This document shows, piece by piece, positions 27,967-37,065 of a stretch of DNA of 64,000 nt. Position 1 is the first letter of the stretch, and each line of letters opens with the position of its first letter. A program made the position numbers and the translations under genes. The stretch covers positions 337,102 to 401,101 of the forward strand of contig JAZJZE010000001.1 in NCBI GenBank assembly GCA_040390065.1, given 5' to 3'. The stretch comes from a bacterium. GTDB lineage: Archaea; Thermoplasmatota; E2; JACPAO01; JAHFTW01. Under the pieces are notes generated by a model. It did no database searches and was not told the DNA's origin. It was given only the letters and a program-made list of their open reading frames with translations.

Positions 27967-28241
27967 CTAGAGGTCATTGCATAACCTCCAGGAGGTCTGC
28001 GCGCGCCGGTTTGCAAGGAGTGCTAGGAGGTTGGGCCGACTTCGTGGCAGCGCCACGACGAGGTCCAGGCGACGACGCAATCCGCCGCAAAGCGGCGCGC
28101 CCTTGCGGGTCGTTTTCCGGCCACACACTCCTGGCGCCGGCGGTCTTGGCGGACTTCCGGCCCGCCGGCGACCGCCCCCGCCAGGATCGCGAAGGCCGGA
28201 AAACGACGCAGGCACCCTGGAAGCTATGCAATGACCTCTAG
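27967..28241. mobile_element. MITE-like element, 275 bp, ~26-bp terminal inverted repeats
   Basis: Left end CTAGAGGTCATTGCATAACCTCCAGG. Reverse complement of right end CTAGAGGTCATTGCATAGCTTCCAGG (24/26 match). No ORF of transposase size. Sits between convergent genes. Confidence 0.7.
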
Positions 28242-29743
28242 TGTTCGCTTCGTCGTGGGCGGCGCGACGGCCAGCCCCCAAGCAGGCTACGCAGAGCTGG
28301 ATCGCCCTCTGCGTCTTCGTGGAGGGTCGGGTCATGGCGGCGAGCGATGTCCAGCCAGGCGAGCGCGTCGTCGCGCAGGTCCAATCGGGCGAAGGTGCGC
28401 GCAGCCGTCAAGGCGTTGCTTGCCATCGCCTCTCCTTCATCGGCCGGGAACCGACGCTGCGCCTCTTGGTGGTCGCGGCGGGCCAGGTCGGCCTTTCCCA
28501 AGGCGCCATGGCAGCGGGCCCGCACTGCGTACGCGTCAGCGCACGATGGATCGAGTCGGATGGCCCGCGTGGCCCAGCGCCGCGCCTGTCGCCAGGCGGA
28601 ATCCTCCGCACTCGTGTGCGCGTGGGCCAATGCCCGGGAGGCGGCGGCGCGGCGGCGCGGACTCACGCGGGTCGGCAGGCGACGCCGCAGCAGGGCGGCG
28701 ATTGCGATTGCCACGAGAGCGGCGCCTAGAAGGTCAAGCCATAGCCATCCAGCGGGTCCAGGCGACGTGGCCATCGTCGCTGGGGACGTGGGGCCGGCCG
28801 TCTGCCCCGAGACCGCTACCGGGATGCCCGATTGAGCGGGGCCTGCCCGCAGCTTGAGGCTGCCCTCGAGGTGGAGGGTCAGACCGCCAACCGGCCCAGC
28901 CACCCCATCGCGCACGAGCGTGCCGACCGGGTTGTGCAGGTCGAGGCGGCCTTGGACGACCATCTCTGGCTGCTGCACGTAGACGAAGGCGATGTCGCCC
29001 AACTCGCTGGGGACGGTGAGCGCGCCGTGGGTGACTTCGAGGAATGCTTCCTGGTCGCGGGTCGCCCCGGGGTCCGCGCTCGGCCCGGCAAGGGGTTGCA
29101 TGCCCGTCGGAATGGAAACCCTTCCTTCCAGACTGTCGAGTTGCACGTCCCACTGCCAAAGGGCCAGGACGAAGTCTCCGGTGATGGTCGCGTTGGCAGG
29201 CGCGCACGGCTGCATGTGCACGGCTGCCTGGACGTCCGCCGTCAGCGTCGCGTGGACGCCGAGTTGGGAACTGTAGGTGAGGCTCTGGGCGTTCGTCGGC
29301 CGAGCGACGTTGCAGGTGATGGAATCGGTCCAGACTGGGGGCGCGTGGCCGGGCATCGGCTGCACGACGAACCAGTAGCCAGGTCGGTTCACGATTCCCG
29401 TGACGCTCGCAGCGTGGTAGTCGTTCTCGCTGTGATGGCGCCCCTGGGGCTGGCTCGCGATGATGCCGTGGACGACGATGTCCGCTTCGTCCACGACCAG
29501 GTGCAGGGCGTCTGCCCGCAGGGAGAAGGGCGACGAGGCCTGGGCATTGCTTGGGGCTCCTACAGGGACGTTGCCGCCCGAGGCCAACTCGAACGCACCC
29601 AGCGGGCCGCTTGTCGCGGTGAGGCCCGTGAGGTCGGCTTGGCTGACGGTCAGGGACCCCTGCACGTCGCTAGCCTCGGCAAGGCCGGCCATCGCAAGGA
29701 CAGCACAAATCAAGGCGGCGGGGAGGAGAGCGCGGGCCGTCAC
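28238..29743 (-). CDS. Single-pass membrane protein: extracytoplasmic domain plus cytoplasmic TPR-like repeats
   Basis: GTG at 29743, 7 nt after the stop of the upstream gene, gives (M)TARALLPAALICAVLAMAGLAEA signal. TM GWLWLDLLGAALVAIAIAALLRRR. C-terminal TPR-like helices (AYAVRARCHGALGKADLARRDHQEAQR). Confidence 0.7.
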   Translation of the reverse strand: MTARALLPAALICAVLAMAGLAEASDVQGSLTVSQADLTGLTATSGPLGAFELASGGNVPVGAPSNAQASSPFSLRADALHLVVDEADIVVHGIIASQPQGRHHSENDYHAASVTGIVNRPGYWFVVQPMPGHAPPVWTDSITCNVARPTNAQSLTYSSQLGVHATLTADVQAAVHMQPCAPANATITGDFVLALWQWDVQLDSLEGRVSIPTGMQPLAGPSADPGATRDQEAFLEVTHGALTVPSELGDIAFVYVQQPEMVVQGRLDLHNPVGTLVRDGVAGPVGGLTLHLEGSLKLRAGPAQSGIPVAVSGQTAGPTSPATMATSPGPAGWLWLDLLGAALVAIAIAALLRRRLPTRVSPRRRAAASRALAHAHTSAEDSAWRQARRWATRAIRLDPSCADAYAVRARCHGALGKADLARRDHQEAQRRFPADEGEAMASNALTAARTFARLDLRDDALAWLDIARRHDPTLHEDAEGDPALRSLLGGWPSRRPRRSEH

Positions 29744-29750
29744 GAGGCGA

Positions 29751-30272
29751 TCAGACCGGTGGCGGGAGGAGGCATTCCGTCCGGAGGTCGTAGAACGGGA
29801 AGCTCGGCAGCGAACGCACAATATTGGTGCAGTACGGGTACGGGAACAGGGTGCCGTCAATCAGGGTGGGCAGGCCGAGGGTGCCGAACACGCCGTTGTA
29901 GAGGGGTGGCGAGTGGACTACGATGGCTGCGGGGCCCTCGCCATCAGCCGTGATGGCGGCGATGCTGAAGACCGTCGGCATGGGGTCCGCCGCCGTCGTG
30001 AAGGTGAGGAGCGGGCCTTCGTAGACAATCTGGGCGTTGGCCTTGATGACGTAGCTCGTCACCGGGTTGGAGCCCGCGATGACGGGCGGGTCCCAGCGCA
30101 GCGCCACCGTGTTGGTGCTGTCGTCGTAGGCCGCGTTGACATGCGTCGGCATGCCGGGCGGCGTGTTGACTGGGTCGGCGTAGGTCGAGGCAGGAACGAG
30201 GATCATGAACAGGGCCGTCAGGAGGATGGCAGTAAAGGGTCGCGTCACGGGACAATCCACCACGGTTGGCAC
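29751..30272 (-). CDS. Secreted fibronectin type III domain protein
   Basis: FN3 pattern (VALRWDPP..VTSYVIKAN). Signal TRPFTAILLTALFMILVPASTYA. A GTG at 30248 is a likely alternative start. Confidence 0.65.
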   Translation of the reverse strand: MPTVVDCPVTRPFTAILLTALFMILVPASTYADPVNTPPGMPTHVNAAYDDSTNTVALRWDPPVIAGSNPVTSYVIKANAQIVYEGPLLTFTTAADPMPTVFSIAAITADGEGPAAIVVHSPPLYNGVFGTLGLPTLIDGTLFPYPYCTNIVRSLPSFPFYDLRTECLLPPPV

Positions 30273-30337
30273 AGAGCCGCGGCATATAGATGGGCGCCGT
30301 TCTTTTCATTCATCCATAGAGCGATGCGATGATGCCT

Positions 30338-30353
30338 GGATTTGCGGTAAATC
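30338..30353. promoter_or_regulatory. Imperfect palindrome GGATTT-GCGGT-AAATC in the divergent promoter region
   Basis: Seen directly in the 30273-30375 spacer. A CATATAGA TATA-like patch lies at 30283-30290. Confidence 0.3.
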
Positions 30354-30375
30354 TGCATTGGCCTGAAGATGGCCG

Positions 30376-30936
30376 GTGGTCTTCGGCCGCGTGGTGGTGC
30401 CGGGACCTTCGAGTCGACATCGGCTACGCAAGCCGAACGTGAATCGCAACCGCATCGAGGACACGGTCCGGCGCAGTCCGGGTGTCACCAAGAGCGAGTT
30501 GGCGCGCCTTTTGGGGCTTGGCTGGGGGACCATCTCCCATCACTTGGCCTTCCTCGAAAGCCAGGGCATCGTTGCGGCGTTCCCCGTCGGCAAGGGCGTA
30601 CGCCTGTACCCGGCTGGGCGCCCCGAGGCCCGTCTTCTCGCCGTCCTGTCGGATGGTCCCGGCGCCGCGCTCACGGCATTGCTGGCGCACCGCCCCGGCC
30701 AGACGCTCAGCGACCTGAGCCGCGGCCTCGGAATCTCCCGCAAGATCGTCCGCCGCCACCTCGGGCAGTTGGGCCGCGAGGGACTCGTCGGCGAGGCCGG
30801 CATGCACCGGCGCCGCTACTTCCTCCATGAAGGCGCGGCCGAGCGGGCCCAAGGCCTGCCCATCGAGGCTCCGGCGCCGCGCCTCTTCGTCGTCGCGAAC
30901 CAACCGGTGCTCCAGTCGGCAAGTCAGCCGGGGTAA
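30376..30936 (+). CDS. Double winged-helix transcription regulator (ArsR/TrmB-like), soluble
   Basis: HTH units TKSELARLLGLGWGTISHHLAFLESQGIV and TLSDLSRGLGISRKIVRRHLGQLGREGLV. Start uncertain (GTG 30376 or GTG 30439). Confidence 0.7.
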   Translation: MVFGRVVVPGPSSRHRLRKPNVNRNRIEDTVRRSPGVTKSELARLLGLGWGTISHHLAFLESQGIVAAFPVGKGVRLYPAGRPEARLLAVLSDGPGAALTALLAHRPGQTLSDLSRGLGISRKIVRRHLGQLGREGLVGEAGMHRRRYFLHEGAAERAQGLPIEAPAPRLFVVANQPVLQSASQPG

Positions 30937-30939
30937 GGT

Positions 30940-32340
30940 CTACGCTTCGTCGACGGCGTCGCCAACGCGGCCGGCCGCGACGCCGCCACCGCCCATCTGC
31001 GCGCCCGTCTTCGAGGTCTTCACGAAGACGCGCGGCTTGCGCAGCACGAACTCATCGAAGAACGCTGCCCAGGCGACGATGCTCAGCATGGTGTAATACA
31101 CGGGGAGGAAGGGCAGGGCGGCCACTTCGCGCCATTCGTGGCGGACACCGTCGATGGCATCGCGCACCATCATCGTGGCCCAGGACACAAACGGCGCCAC
31201 GGCGGCCGCCGTCCAGATCCAAGTCCATTGCGACGGCAAGGCCCCCACGTCGTACCCGAAGCGCCCAAGGATGCCAAGCGGCAGCAGCAGGATCAGCGCC
31301 ATCGGGATGAAGACGTATACGAACGTGAGGTACAGGTCGAGGCGCGGCAGGGCACGCACGCGCAGGCGATGGATGCGCGGCAAGTAGTGGGCTGCAACCT
31401 GGAACCAGCCGCGCGCCCAGCGCTTGCGTTGCGCCCACCAGGCCGCAAGGCGGGCGGGGTTCTCCTCGTGGGTCTGGATGCCCGGGTCGACGCGCAGGCG
31501 GCCGCCGCTGGCGTGGATGCGCACCGAGTAGTCGATGTCCTCGACGAGCTGCTCCTCCGAGTAGCCGCCGACGCGGTCGAACACCGACCGCCGGAAGAAC
31601 ACCTGGCCACCGCCGAAGAACGTGAAGCCGGAGGCCAGCTGTCGGGCGTAGATGTCGCCGCGTTCCAGGATGTCGCGCTCGATGCGCATCATGAGCGCCA
31701 GGGGCGATTCGCGGCCGTTCAGCCCAATGGCGCGTCCCTTGATGCAGTCGAGCTTCGGGTCGGCGAGGAACCAGCGGGCGGCGCGCTGCACGGCGTCGGG
31801 CTTGAGGACTTGGTCGGCGTCGAGGCCAACGAGGATGTCGCCGTGGCACTGCGCCACACCGTCGTTGAAGGCAGCGGACTTGCCCGGCCGGCCGCCGGAG
31901 CGCTCGAACACGCGGAAGCGCGGGTCGCGTTCGGCCTGGTCGCGAAGGAGTTGCTGCGTGCCGTCGTTCGAGCGCGATTCGCAGACGTACAGGAACTCGA
32001 TGCGGTCACGCGGATAGTCGACGTGGGCGAGGGCCGCCATGGACCGCGGCAGGACGTTGGCCTCGTTGTACGTGGGGATGAGGATGGTGACGCGCGGCCA
32101 TTCGGCGCCGTCGGGCTTGGCGGGCGGTTCCGGGTTGCGGCGCAGCCCCGCGATGCACGAGCCGTAGGTCCGCACGAGGGGGAACGCCATGAGGGCCACG
32201 AGGACCACGCCGACCACGGCGAAGTAGTGGGGCACGAAGAAGCCGGGGACGAGCAGCAGGAGCGTGCAAGCCAGCATGGCGAGCGTGGTGGCGACGATCT
32301 CGCCCCAGTCCGGGCGGTCGCGGTGCAGGCTCACTTCCAT
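30940..32340 (-). CDS. Membrane-embedded family-2 glycosyltransferase, processive beta-glycan synthase type
   Basis: ATG at 32340 (MEVSLHRD..). N-terminal TMs. Motifs LDADQ (DxD), VEDIDYS (ED), QRKRWARG (QxxRW). C-terminal TM bundle. Confidence 0.85.
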   Translation of the reverse strand: MEVSLHRDRPDWGEIVATTLAMLACTLLLLVPGFFVPHYFAVVGVVLVALMAFPLVRTYGSCIAGLRRNPEPPAKPDGAEWPRVTILIPTYNEANVLPRSMAALAHVDYPRDRIEFLYVCESRSNDGTQQLLRDQAERDPRFRVFERSGGRPGKSAAFNDGVAQCHGDILVGLDADQVLKPDAVQRAARWFLADPKLDCIKGRAIGLNGRESPLALMMRIERDILERGDIYARQLASGFTFFGGGQVFFRRSVFDRVGGYSEEQLVEDIDYSVRIHASGGRLRVDPGIQTHEENPARLAAWWAQRKRWARGWFQVAAHYLPRIHRLRVRALPRLDLYLTFVYVFIPMALILLLPLGILGRFGYDVGALPSQWTWIWTAAAVAPFVSWATMMVRDAIDGVRHEWREVAALPFLPVYYTMLSIVAWAAFFDEFVLRKPRVFVKTSKTGAQMGGGGVAAGRVGDAVDEA

Positions 32341-33761
32341 GGCATGGCCTCTTCGAGGATGGACTCCGCCCGGACGGGCGCGACGGCGGGGGCGGCGGGC
32401 AAGGCGGGCTCCGCGCCGGTTTTGGACGTCTTCACGTACACCGGCTTCGTCCGCAGCACGAACTCGTCGAGGAAGGCGCTTGCGAACACGGCGCCCTGCA
32501 GGACAAGGTAGGGCCAAAGGAGCGGCACGGCCAACCACTCGACGGCCGCGTGCTTCACGCCGTCGCGCCGGTCGTGCCACCACATGCCGATCCAGGCCAC
32601 GGTGGGCATCGCCGCGAAGAAGATGCCGCCGAAGGTCTCGACGGCTTGCGGGAAGAACGTGCGGACGTGGATGCCGAGGAAGGGCATGATGACGAACGGC
32701 AGCGTCATCAGCAGCACGACCGGCAGGAGCGAGAACGCGAGGTTGTAGAACAGGTCGGCGCGCATGCCAAGCGGTGCGCGGTTCATGGTCGACAGGTGCG
32801 GCAGGTAGCGCTCCACCAGTTGCATGCCGCCGCGCGTCCAGCGCGTGCGCTGCGCCCACCACGCCGACCAGTTGGCCGGGTGCTCCTCATGGCTAATCAC
32901 GAACGGGTCGACGACAAGGCGGTAGCCGGCCTGGTGGATGCGCACCGAGAAGTCGATGTCCTCGATCAGGACCTCCTCGTCGAAGCGGCCGATCTGCTCG
33001 AACAGGCTGCGGCGGAAGAACGCCTGGCCGCCGCCGAAGAACGTGAAGCCGCCGACGACCTCGCGGAAGTAGGTCTCGCCGCGCTCGACGACGTCGCGTT
33101 CGAGCGTCGTGCACAGGGCCAGCGTCGACTCCGTCGCGTTCACGGCCATGGGGCGACCCTTCACGCAGGCGATGTTCGGGTCCGACAGGAACCAGCGCAC
33201 GGCGCGCTCGATGGCGTCCGGCTTGAGGGCGTGGTCCGCGTCCAAGGAGACCAGGATTTCGCCCGTGCAGTGGTCGAGGCCGAAGTTGCACGCCGCCGCC
33301 TTGCCGCCGCGCTTGTCGTTTCGTTCGACCGGCACGATGCGCGCGTCGCGTTCGGCAAAGGAGCGGATGATCGCGGCCGTCGCGTCGGTGCTGCGCTTCT
33401 CGTAGACGTACACGAACTCGATGCGGTCGCGGGGGTAGCGCACATGCTCCATCGCAGCCATCGTGCGTGGCAGGACCGCCGCCTCGTTGTAGGCGACGAT
33501 GAGGACGGACACGGTCGGCCACTCGATGCCGTCGGGCTTTGCCGGGGGGTCCACGGGGCGTCGACCGGTCAGGATCGTGGCCGCCAGGGTGCGCACGCCG
33601 AGGATGGCCAGGCCGACGAAGCCGGCGGTGGCAAGCACGCGGAAGTAGCCGTCGACGTACAGGCCGGGGGCGAGGGCCAGGAGGAGCAGGCCGAGGCCGA
33701 TGCCGAGCTTGCGCGCCACGTCGCGTGGCCGTGCGCGCCTGCCCGACAGCTTGACCTCCAT
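32331..33761 (-). CDS. Membrane-embedded family-2 glycosyltransferase, processive type (paralogue of 30940..32340)
   Basis: ATG at 33761 (MEVKLSGRR..). Motifs LDADH, IEDIDFS, QRTRWTRG. 10-nt overlap with the downstream paralogue. Confidence 0.85.
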   Translation of the reverse strand: MEVKLSGRRARPRDVARKLGIGLGLLLLALAPGLYVDGYFRVLATAGFVGLAILGVRTLAATILTGRRPVDPPAKPDGIEWPTVSVLIVAYNEAAVLPRTMAAMEHVRYPRDRIEFVYVYEKRSTDATAAIIRSFAERDARIVPVERNDKRGGKAAACNFGLDHCTGEILVSLDADHALKPDAIERAVRWFLSDPNIACVKGRPMAVNATESTLALCTTLERDVVERGETYFREVVGGFTFFGGGQAFFRRSLFEQIGRFDEEVLIEDIDFSVRIHQAGYRLVVDPFVISHEEHPANWSAWWAQRTRWTRGGMQLVERYLPHLSTMNRAPLGMRADLFYNLAFSLLPVVLLMTLPFVIMPFLGIHVRTFFPQAVETFGGIFFAAMPTVAWIGMWWHDRRDGVKHAAVEWLAVPLLWPYLVLQGAVFASAFLDEFVLRTKPVYVKTSKTGAEPALPAAPAVAPVRAESILEEAMPWK

Positions 33762-33860
33762 CGCATTGTCTCCCGGGCAGGCCCCACCGGACCCGCCGCA
33801 CCCTCGCACGACCTCCCCACATTCATGAAGGTATGGGTTGACTTCCTTCCTGGGGCGAGG

Positions 33861-33866
33861 AAAAAA
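33861..33866 (-). terminator. T6 run 14 nt downstream of the 33880..35640 stop codon
   Basis: GGAAAAAAGG on the plus strand. Archaeal oligo-T terminator-like. Confidence 0.3.
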
Positions 33867-33879
33867 GGCGGCGTTGCGG

Positions 33880-35640
33880 CTACCGGTGGTAGGCCGCGTC
33901 GAAGTCCTTGCGGGCCGTTGCATCCTTCAGGATGGTCGCGGCGTAGACGTCGGATCCGGCCAGCCGGCCCGCCTCGCCCGTGTGCCGTGTGTCCGCCCAG
34001 AAGACCGTGGCCGATTCCTTGCTCGTGTCCAGCCCGATGTAGTCGCCGATGAAGGGCGCGCCGCTCTGGTGGTGGCCGAGGTCGCCATCGAACGAGCGCT
34101 CCGTCACGCGCACGTTGGGGTGGAAACTGTCGCCGCCGTTGTCCGAATAGGCGTAGTACACGTCGAGCAGGCGGTTGTCCGGCGAGTTGCGCCGGTCGTA
34201 CCACGCGACGTGCACCCCGCCCAGCGGGTCGACGTCGACCCAGGGCACGAATTGGTCGCCCTTCTCCGTGTCGCTGACGCGCACCGGTGCACTCCAGGCC
34301 ATGCCATCGTCGGAGTGCCGCATCATGAGCTGCACGTCCGTGTTGACGCGCCCGGTCTGCTCGGCGTAGACGACGTAGCGCCGGCCATCGTGGGCCCCGC
34401 CGGATGTATCGATGGCGAGCACCGGGTACGTGGCGACGCGGAAATGGCTGGGTCCGGTTCCGTCGCGCGGGCCGACGCTTGGGTCGGACTTGATGGGCGA
34501 GATGGTGAACGTCGACATGACGGGGGCGAAAACGGTGCCGCCGGGTGTGACCGTCCCTTCCGTGTACGACAGTTGGTCGCCGTTCGGGTGGACGCCCACG
34601 GGCAGGGTTCCGTCGGTGTCGGCCGCCCAGATGACAGCGACGCGCGGCATGCCGCCGGGACCGTTGGGCAGATACTGCGGCATGGAGAATTGCGAATCGA
34701 GGCCGCTCGACGTGCCGGGGGCGAACGTGTGCTGCGGGCCCCAGGTCTTGCCACCGTCCATGCTCTCGCAATAACTGATGACGCTCGTCGACTGCGCGAG
34801 CAGGCCGGTCGGGTCGGGGACGCCGCTGGGCAGCGGCGGCGTCGAGTAGTACGGTGTCCACGTCACGATCGCATGGTCGCCGCCCGGCTGCAACGCGAAC
34901 CACTGCTTGTCATTGAATTGGATGCCGTTGTCGCCGACACCGCAGAACGAGATGGCGCCGAAGGTCTTGCCGCCGTCCGTGCTGGTTGCGAAGTAGATCT
35001 GTGTTGCCGTGGTGGCGTCCGTCGACCCCGGATAGACCGGGTTGGGCTGGCTCGGAACCTGACCGGCATGCGCACCGCCGTAGTTGAGGCCCGAGAACAC
35101 GAAGGTGCCATCGTCGTCGAACGCCACGACCGGGTCCGTGTTGCAGGTGTTTCCAGAGATGGCGCTTGGACGCTTGTCGCCGGGGAAGCCAGGCATGAGG
35201 TCGTCGTTCCACGTCAGGCCGCCGTCCAGGCTGGAGAACGTGCCCATCCACACGTTGTATTTCCCGCAACCTGCGCCGCCCCCGAGGTAGGAGACCGTGT
35301 AGTCCTTCGCGCCGCCCGCGACGTTGAGCGGGTTCGTCGGATTCACGGCGACGGACACCTCGTTGCCCGGCCCATGCTGCGTCGTCCAGTCCATCGTGTG
35401 GTTGTCGACGAGCGGATGCGTCACGCGATGGTTGCACTCGTCGATGCCGGCCTGCGACGCCGCCGCCCCGATGCGGTAGCCGGCATTGCACAGGAAGATG
35501 GTGTACGGTGCGGCGCCCGCCAGGTCGGAGTCGGTCGCCGTCGGGGGCAACGCCGGCCCCGTGTCGTCGCTGCCGCCGAAACAGCCGGCCAGCAAGGGGA
35601 CCAGAAACGCCGCCAGGGCAAGTGCGGGCTTTGCCTTCAT
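33880..35640 (-). CDS. BNR/Asp-box beta-propeller lipoprotein (sialidase/glycosidase-like fold)
   Basis: MKAKPALALAAFLVPLLAGC lipobox. Asp-boxes SLDGGLTW, STDGGKTF, SMDGGKTW, HSDDGMAW, SDNGGDSF. Confidence 0.8.
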   Translation of the reverse strand: MKAKPALALAAFLVPLLAGCFGGSDDTGPALPPTATDSDLAGAAPYTIFLCNAGYRIGAAASQAGIDECNHRVTHPLVDNHTMDWTTQHGPGNEVSVAVNPTNPLNVAGGAKDYTVSYLGGGAGCGKYNVWMGTFSSLDGGLTWNDDLMPGFPGDKRPSAISGNTCNTDPVVAFDDDGTFVFSGLNYGGAHAGQVPSQPNPVYPGSTDATTATQIYFATSTDGGKTFGAISFCGVGDNGIQFNDKQWFALQPGGDHAIVTWTPYYSTPPLPSGVPDPTGLLAQSTSVISYCESMDGGKTWGPQHTFAPGTSSGLDSQFSMPQYLPNGPGGMPRVAVIWAADTDGTLPVGVHPNGDQLSYTEGTVTPGGTVFAPVMSTFTISPIKSDPSVGPRDGTGPSHFRVATYPVLAIDTSGGAHDGRRYVVYAEQTGRVNTDVQLMMRHSDDGMAWSAPVRVSDTEKGDQFVPWVDVDPLGGVHVAWYDRRNSPDNRLLDVYYAYSDNGGDSFHPNVRVTERSFDGDLGHHQSGAPFIGDYIGLDTSKESATVFWADTRHTGEAGRLAGSDVYAATILKDATARKDFDAAYHR

Positions 35641-35707
35641 GCTGCAACGGCACTGGCCTGCGCTTCATCACGTTTGGGGCATTGGTGCGGATGGAGCCGG
35701 CCTTCCG

Positions 35708-37051
35708 TCAGTACGATTCCAAGGTACGCTGCAGGCGGCACCGGGCCAGGAGGTCCGCATGGGCCTGCCACGTCTTGAACTGGCAGTGCCGGTCGATGTG
35801 GCGCAGTGCGGATTCGACGTCTTCGAAGACGAGCGGCCGAGCGGCCATCGTCAAGCGGGACACTTCGCGCACGACCCAGACGCCAAGCGGTGTCGTGTAG
35901 TCGTCGGTAATCTCGCGTAGGACGATTGCGGTCGCCTGGCGGCCAGTCGCAATCATGTGTTCGAGGACGGCCAGTCGCGTGGCGTAGTATCCCCCCGCGG
36001 TGGCGGCGTACGTCGTGCGGCCCGCGTGGTCTTCCCAGTCCGCCTCCACGATCCCGGATGCCCCCTCGGCCAGGGGCATGCCAGAGCTGGCCCAAAAACT
36101 CCCCTTCAGCCAGGCCTCGATGGATTCGAACCCCCAAACGCGCGGCAGCAGAAGCGCGAAAAAGCGGTTGCCGAAGCGCTCGCCGACGTGCAGAATCGGT
36201 TTGTCGATGGTCGGCAGGTCACGCACCTTCTCGATCAAGGCCTTGCCGACCTGGTCGTCCGTCGCCGTGATGGCCCAACGCGTCGGCACGAGCTTGCGGT
36301 TCTGCCCGAGGCCGAGCAGGCCCGCCGAGAGCACCCGTTCCAATTGGTACACCGAGGTGCCGCCGGCGTACAGGCCCGCGATGGCTTCGCCGGCCCGCAA
36401 GTCGGTGTCGCCCGCCGCGCGTTCGAGGGGCCGCTCGACGCGCACGTTCTCGGCAAGTGTGGCGCGCTCCACTTCGGCGCTCGGCCCGTGCGGTGGGGCA
36501 AAGTCGCCCACGGTCGGGGCACCGAAACGCGGGGCTTTTGCCAGATGCACCTCGGTGTCGATGGGCCGGGCGGCGAGCGCGAGCTCTTGGCTGAGGCGGG
36601 TGATGCGGTCGGGGGAGAACACGTCGCCGGCAAGCCGCGCCACGTCGCGCACGGCCACTTTGTGCGTGGTGCGCAGCAGGCTCGAGCGCAGGCCCACGAT
36701 GTCCGGGATGGTCATGCCAAGCCACTCTGCGGGCGAGTCGAGGCGGCGCGCGGCGTCGGCCTCGCGGTGCTCGGGGGGCAACATCGGGCCGATTGCCACA
36801 TTGGGGTATCCATGGCGGCCGACGAACAGGCTCGGCGGCGAACTGCCAAACACGTCGCGCCCCAGATGTCCCCCCTCGCGCACGACCTTGGGCATCTGCG
36901 AGCGGATCTTCTGCAACAGCGGGCAGGGGTCGTAGCCGCAGAGCATTCTCGCCCCCTTGCACGAGACGCAGAGCCTCGGGTCGATGGTGGCGAGGACCTG
37001 ATCCAGCTCCGTGCCGTCGCCATGGCCACCACACGCTTTAAGAATCCCCAA
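35708..37051 (-). CDS. Nre-family (archaeal DNA-repair-associated) protein
   Basis: N-terminal LCVSCKGARMLCGYDPCP motif and ~445-aa length recall archaeal NreA-type proteins (from memory). The only in-frame start is TTG 37051. Confidence 0.55.
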   Translation of the reverse strand: MGILKACGGHGDGTELDQVLATIDPRLCVSCKGARMLCGYDPCPLLQKIRSQMPKVVREGGHLGRDVFGSSPPSLFVGRHGYPNVAIGPMLPPEHREADAARRLDSPAEWLGMTIPDIVGLRSSLLRTTHKVAVRDVARLAGDVFSPDRITRLSQELALAARPIDTEVHLAKAPRFGAPTVGDFAPPHGPSAEVERATLAENVRVERPLERAAGDTDLRAGEAIAGLYAGGTSVYQLERVLSAGLLGLGQNRKLVPTRWAITATDDQVGKALIEKVRDLPTIDKPILHVGERFGNRFFALLLPRVWGFESIEAWLKGSFWASSGMPLAEGASGIVEADWEDHAGRTTYAATAGGYYATRLAVLEHMIATGRQATAIVLREITDDYTTPLGVWVVREVSRLTMAARPLVFEDVESALRHIDRHCQFKTWQAHADLLARCRLQRTLESY

Positions 37052-37065
37052 GGGGAGGCCGACAC

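Noticed and set aside
36118-36135. A GGTTCGAATCC T-loop-like word on the minus strand, considered as a possible tRNA.
   Set aside because: The flanks do not form a T stem or acceptor stem, and it lies inside the Nre-like coding sequence.
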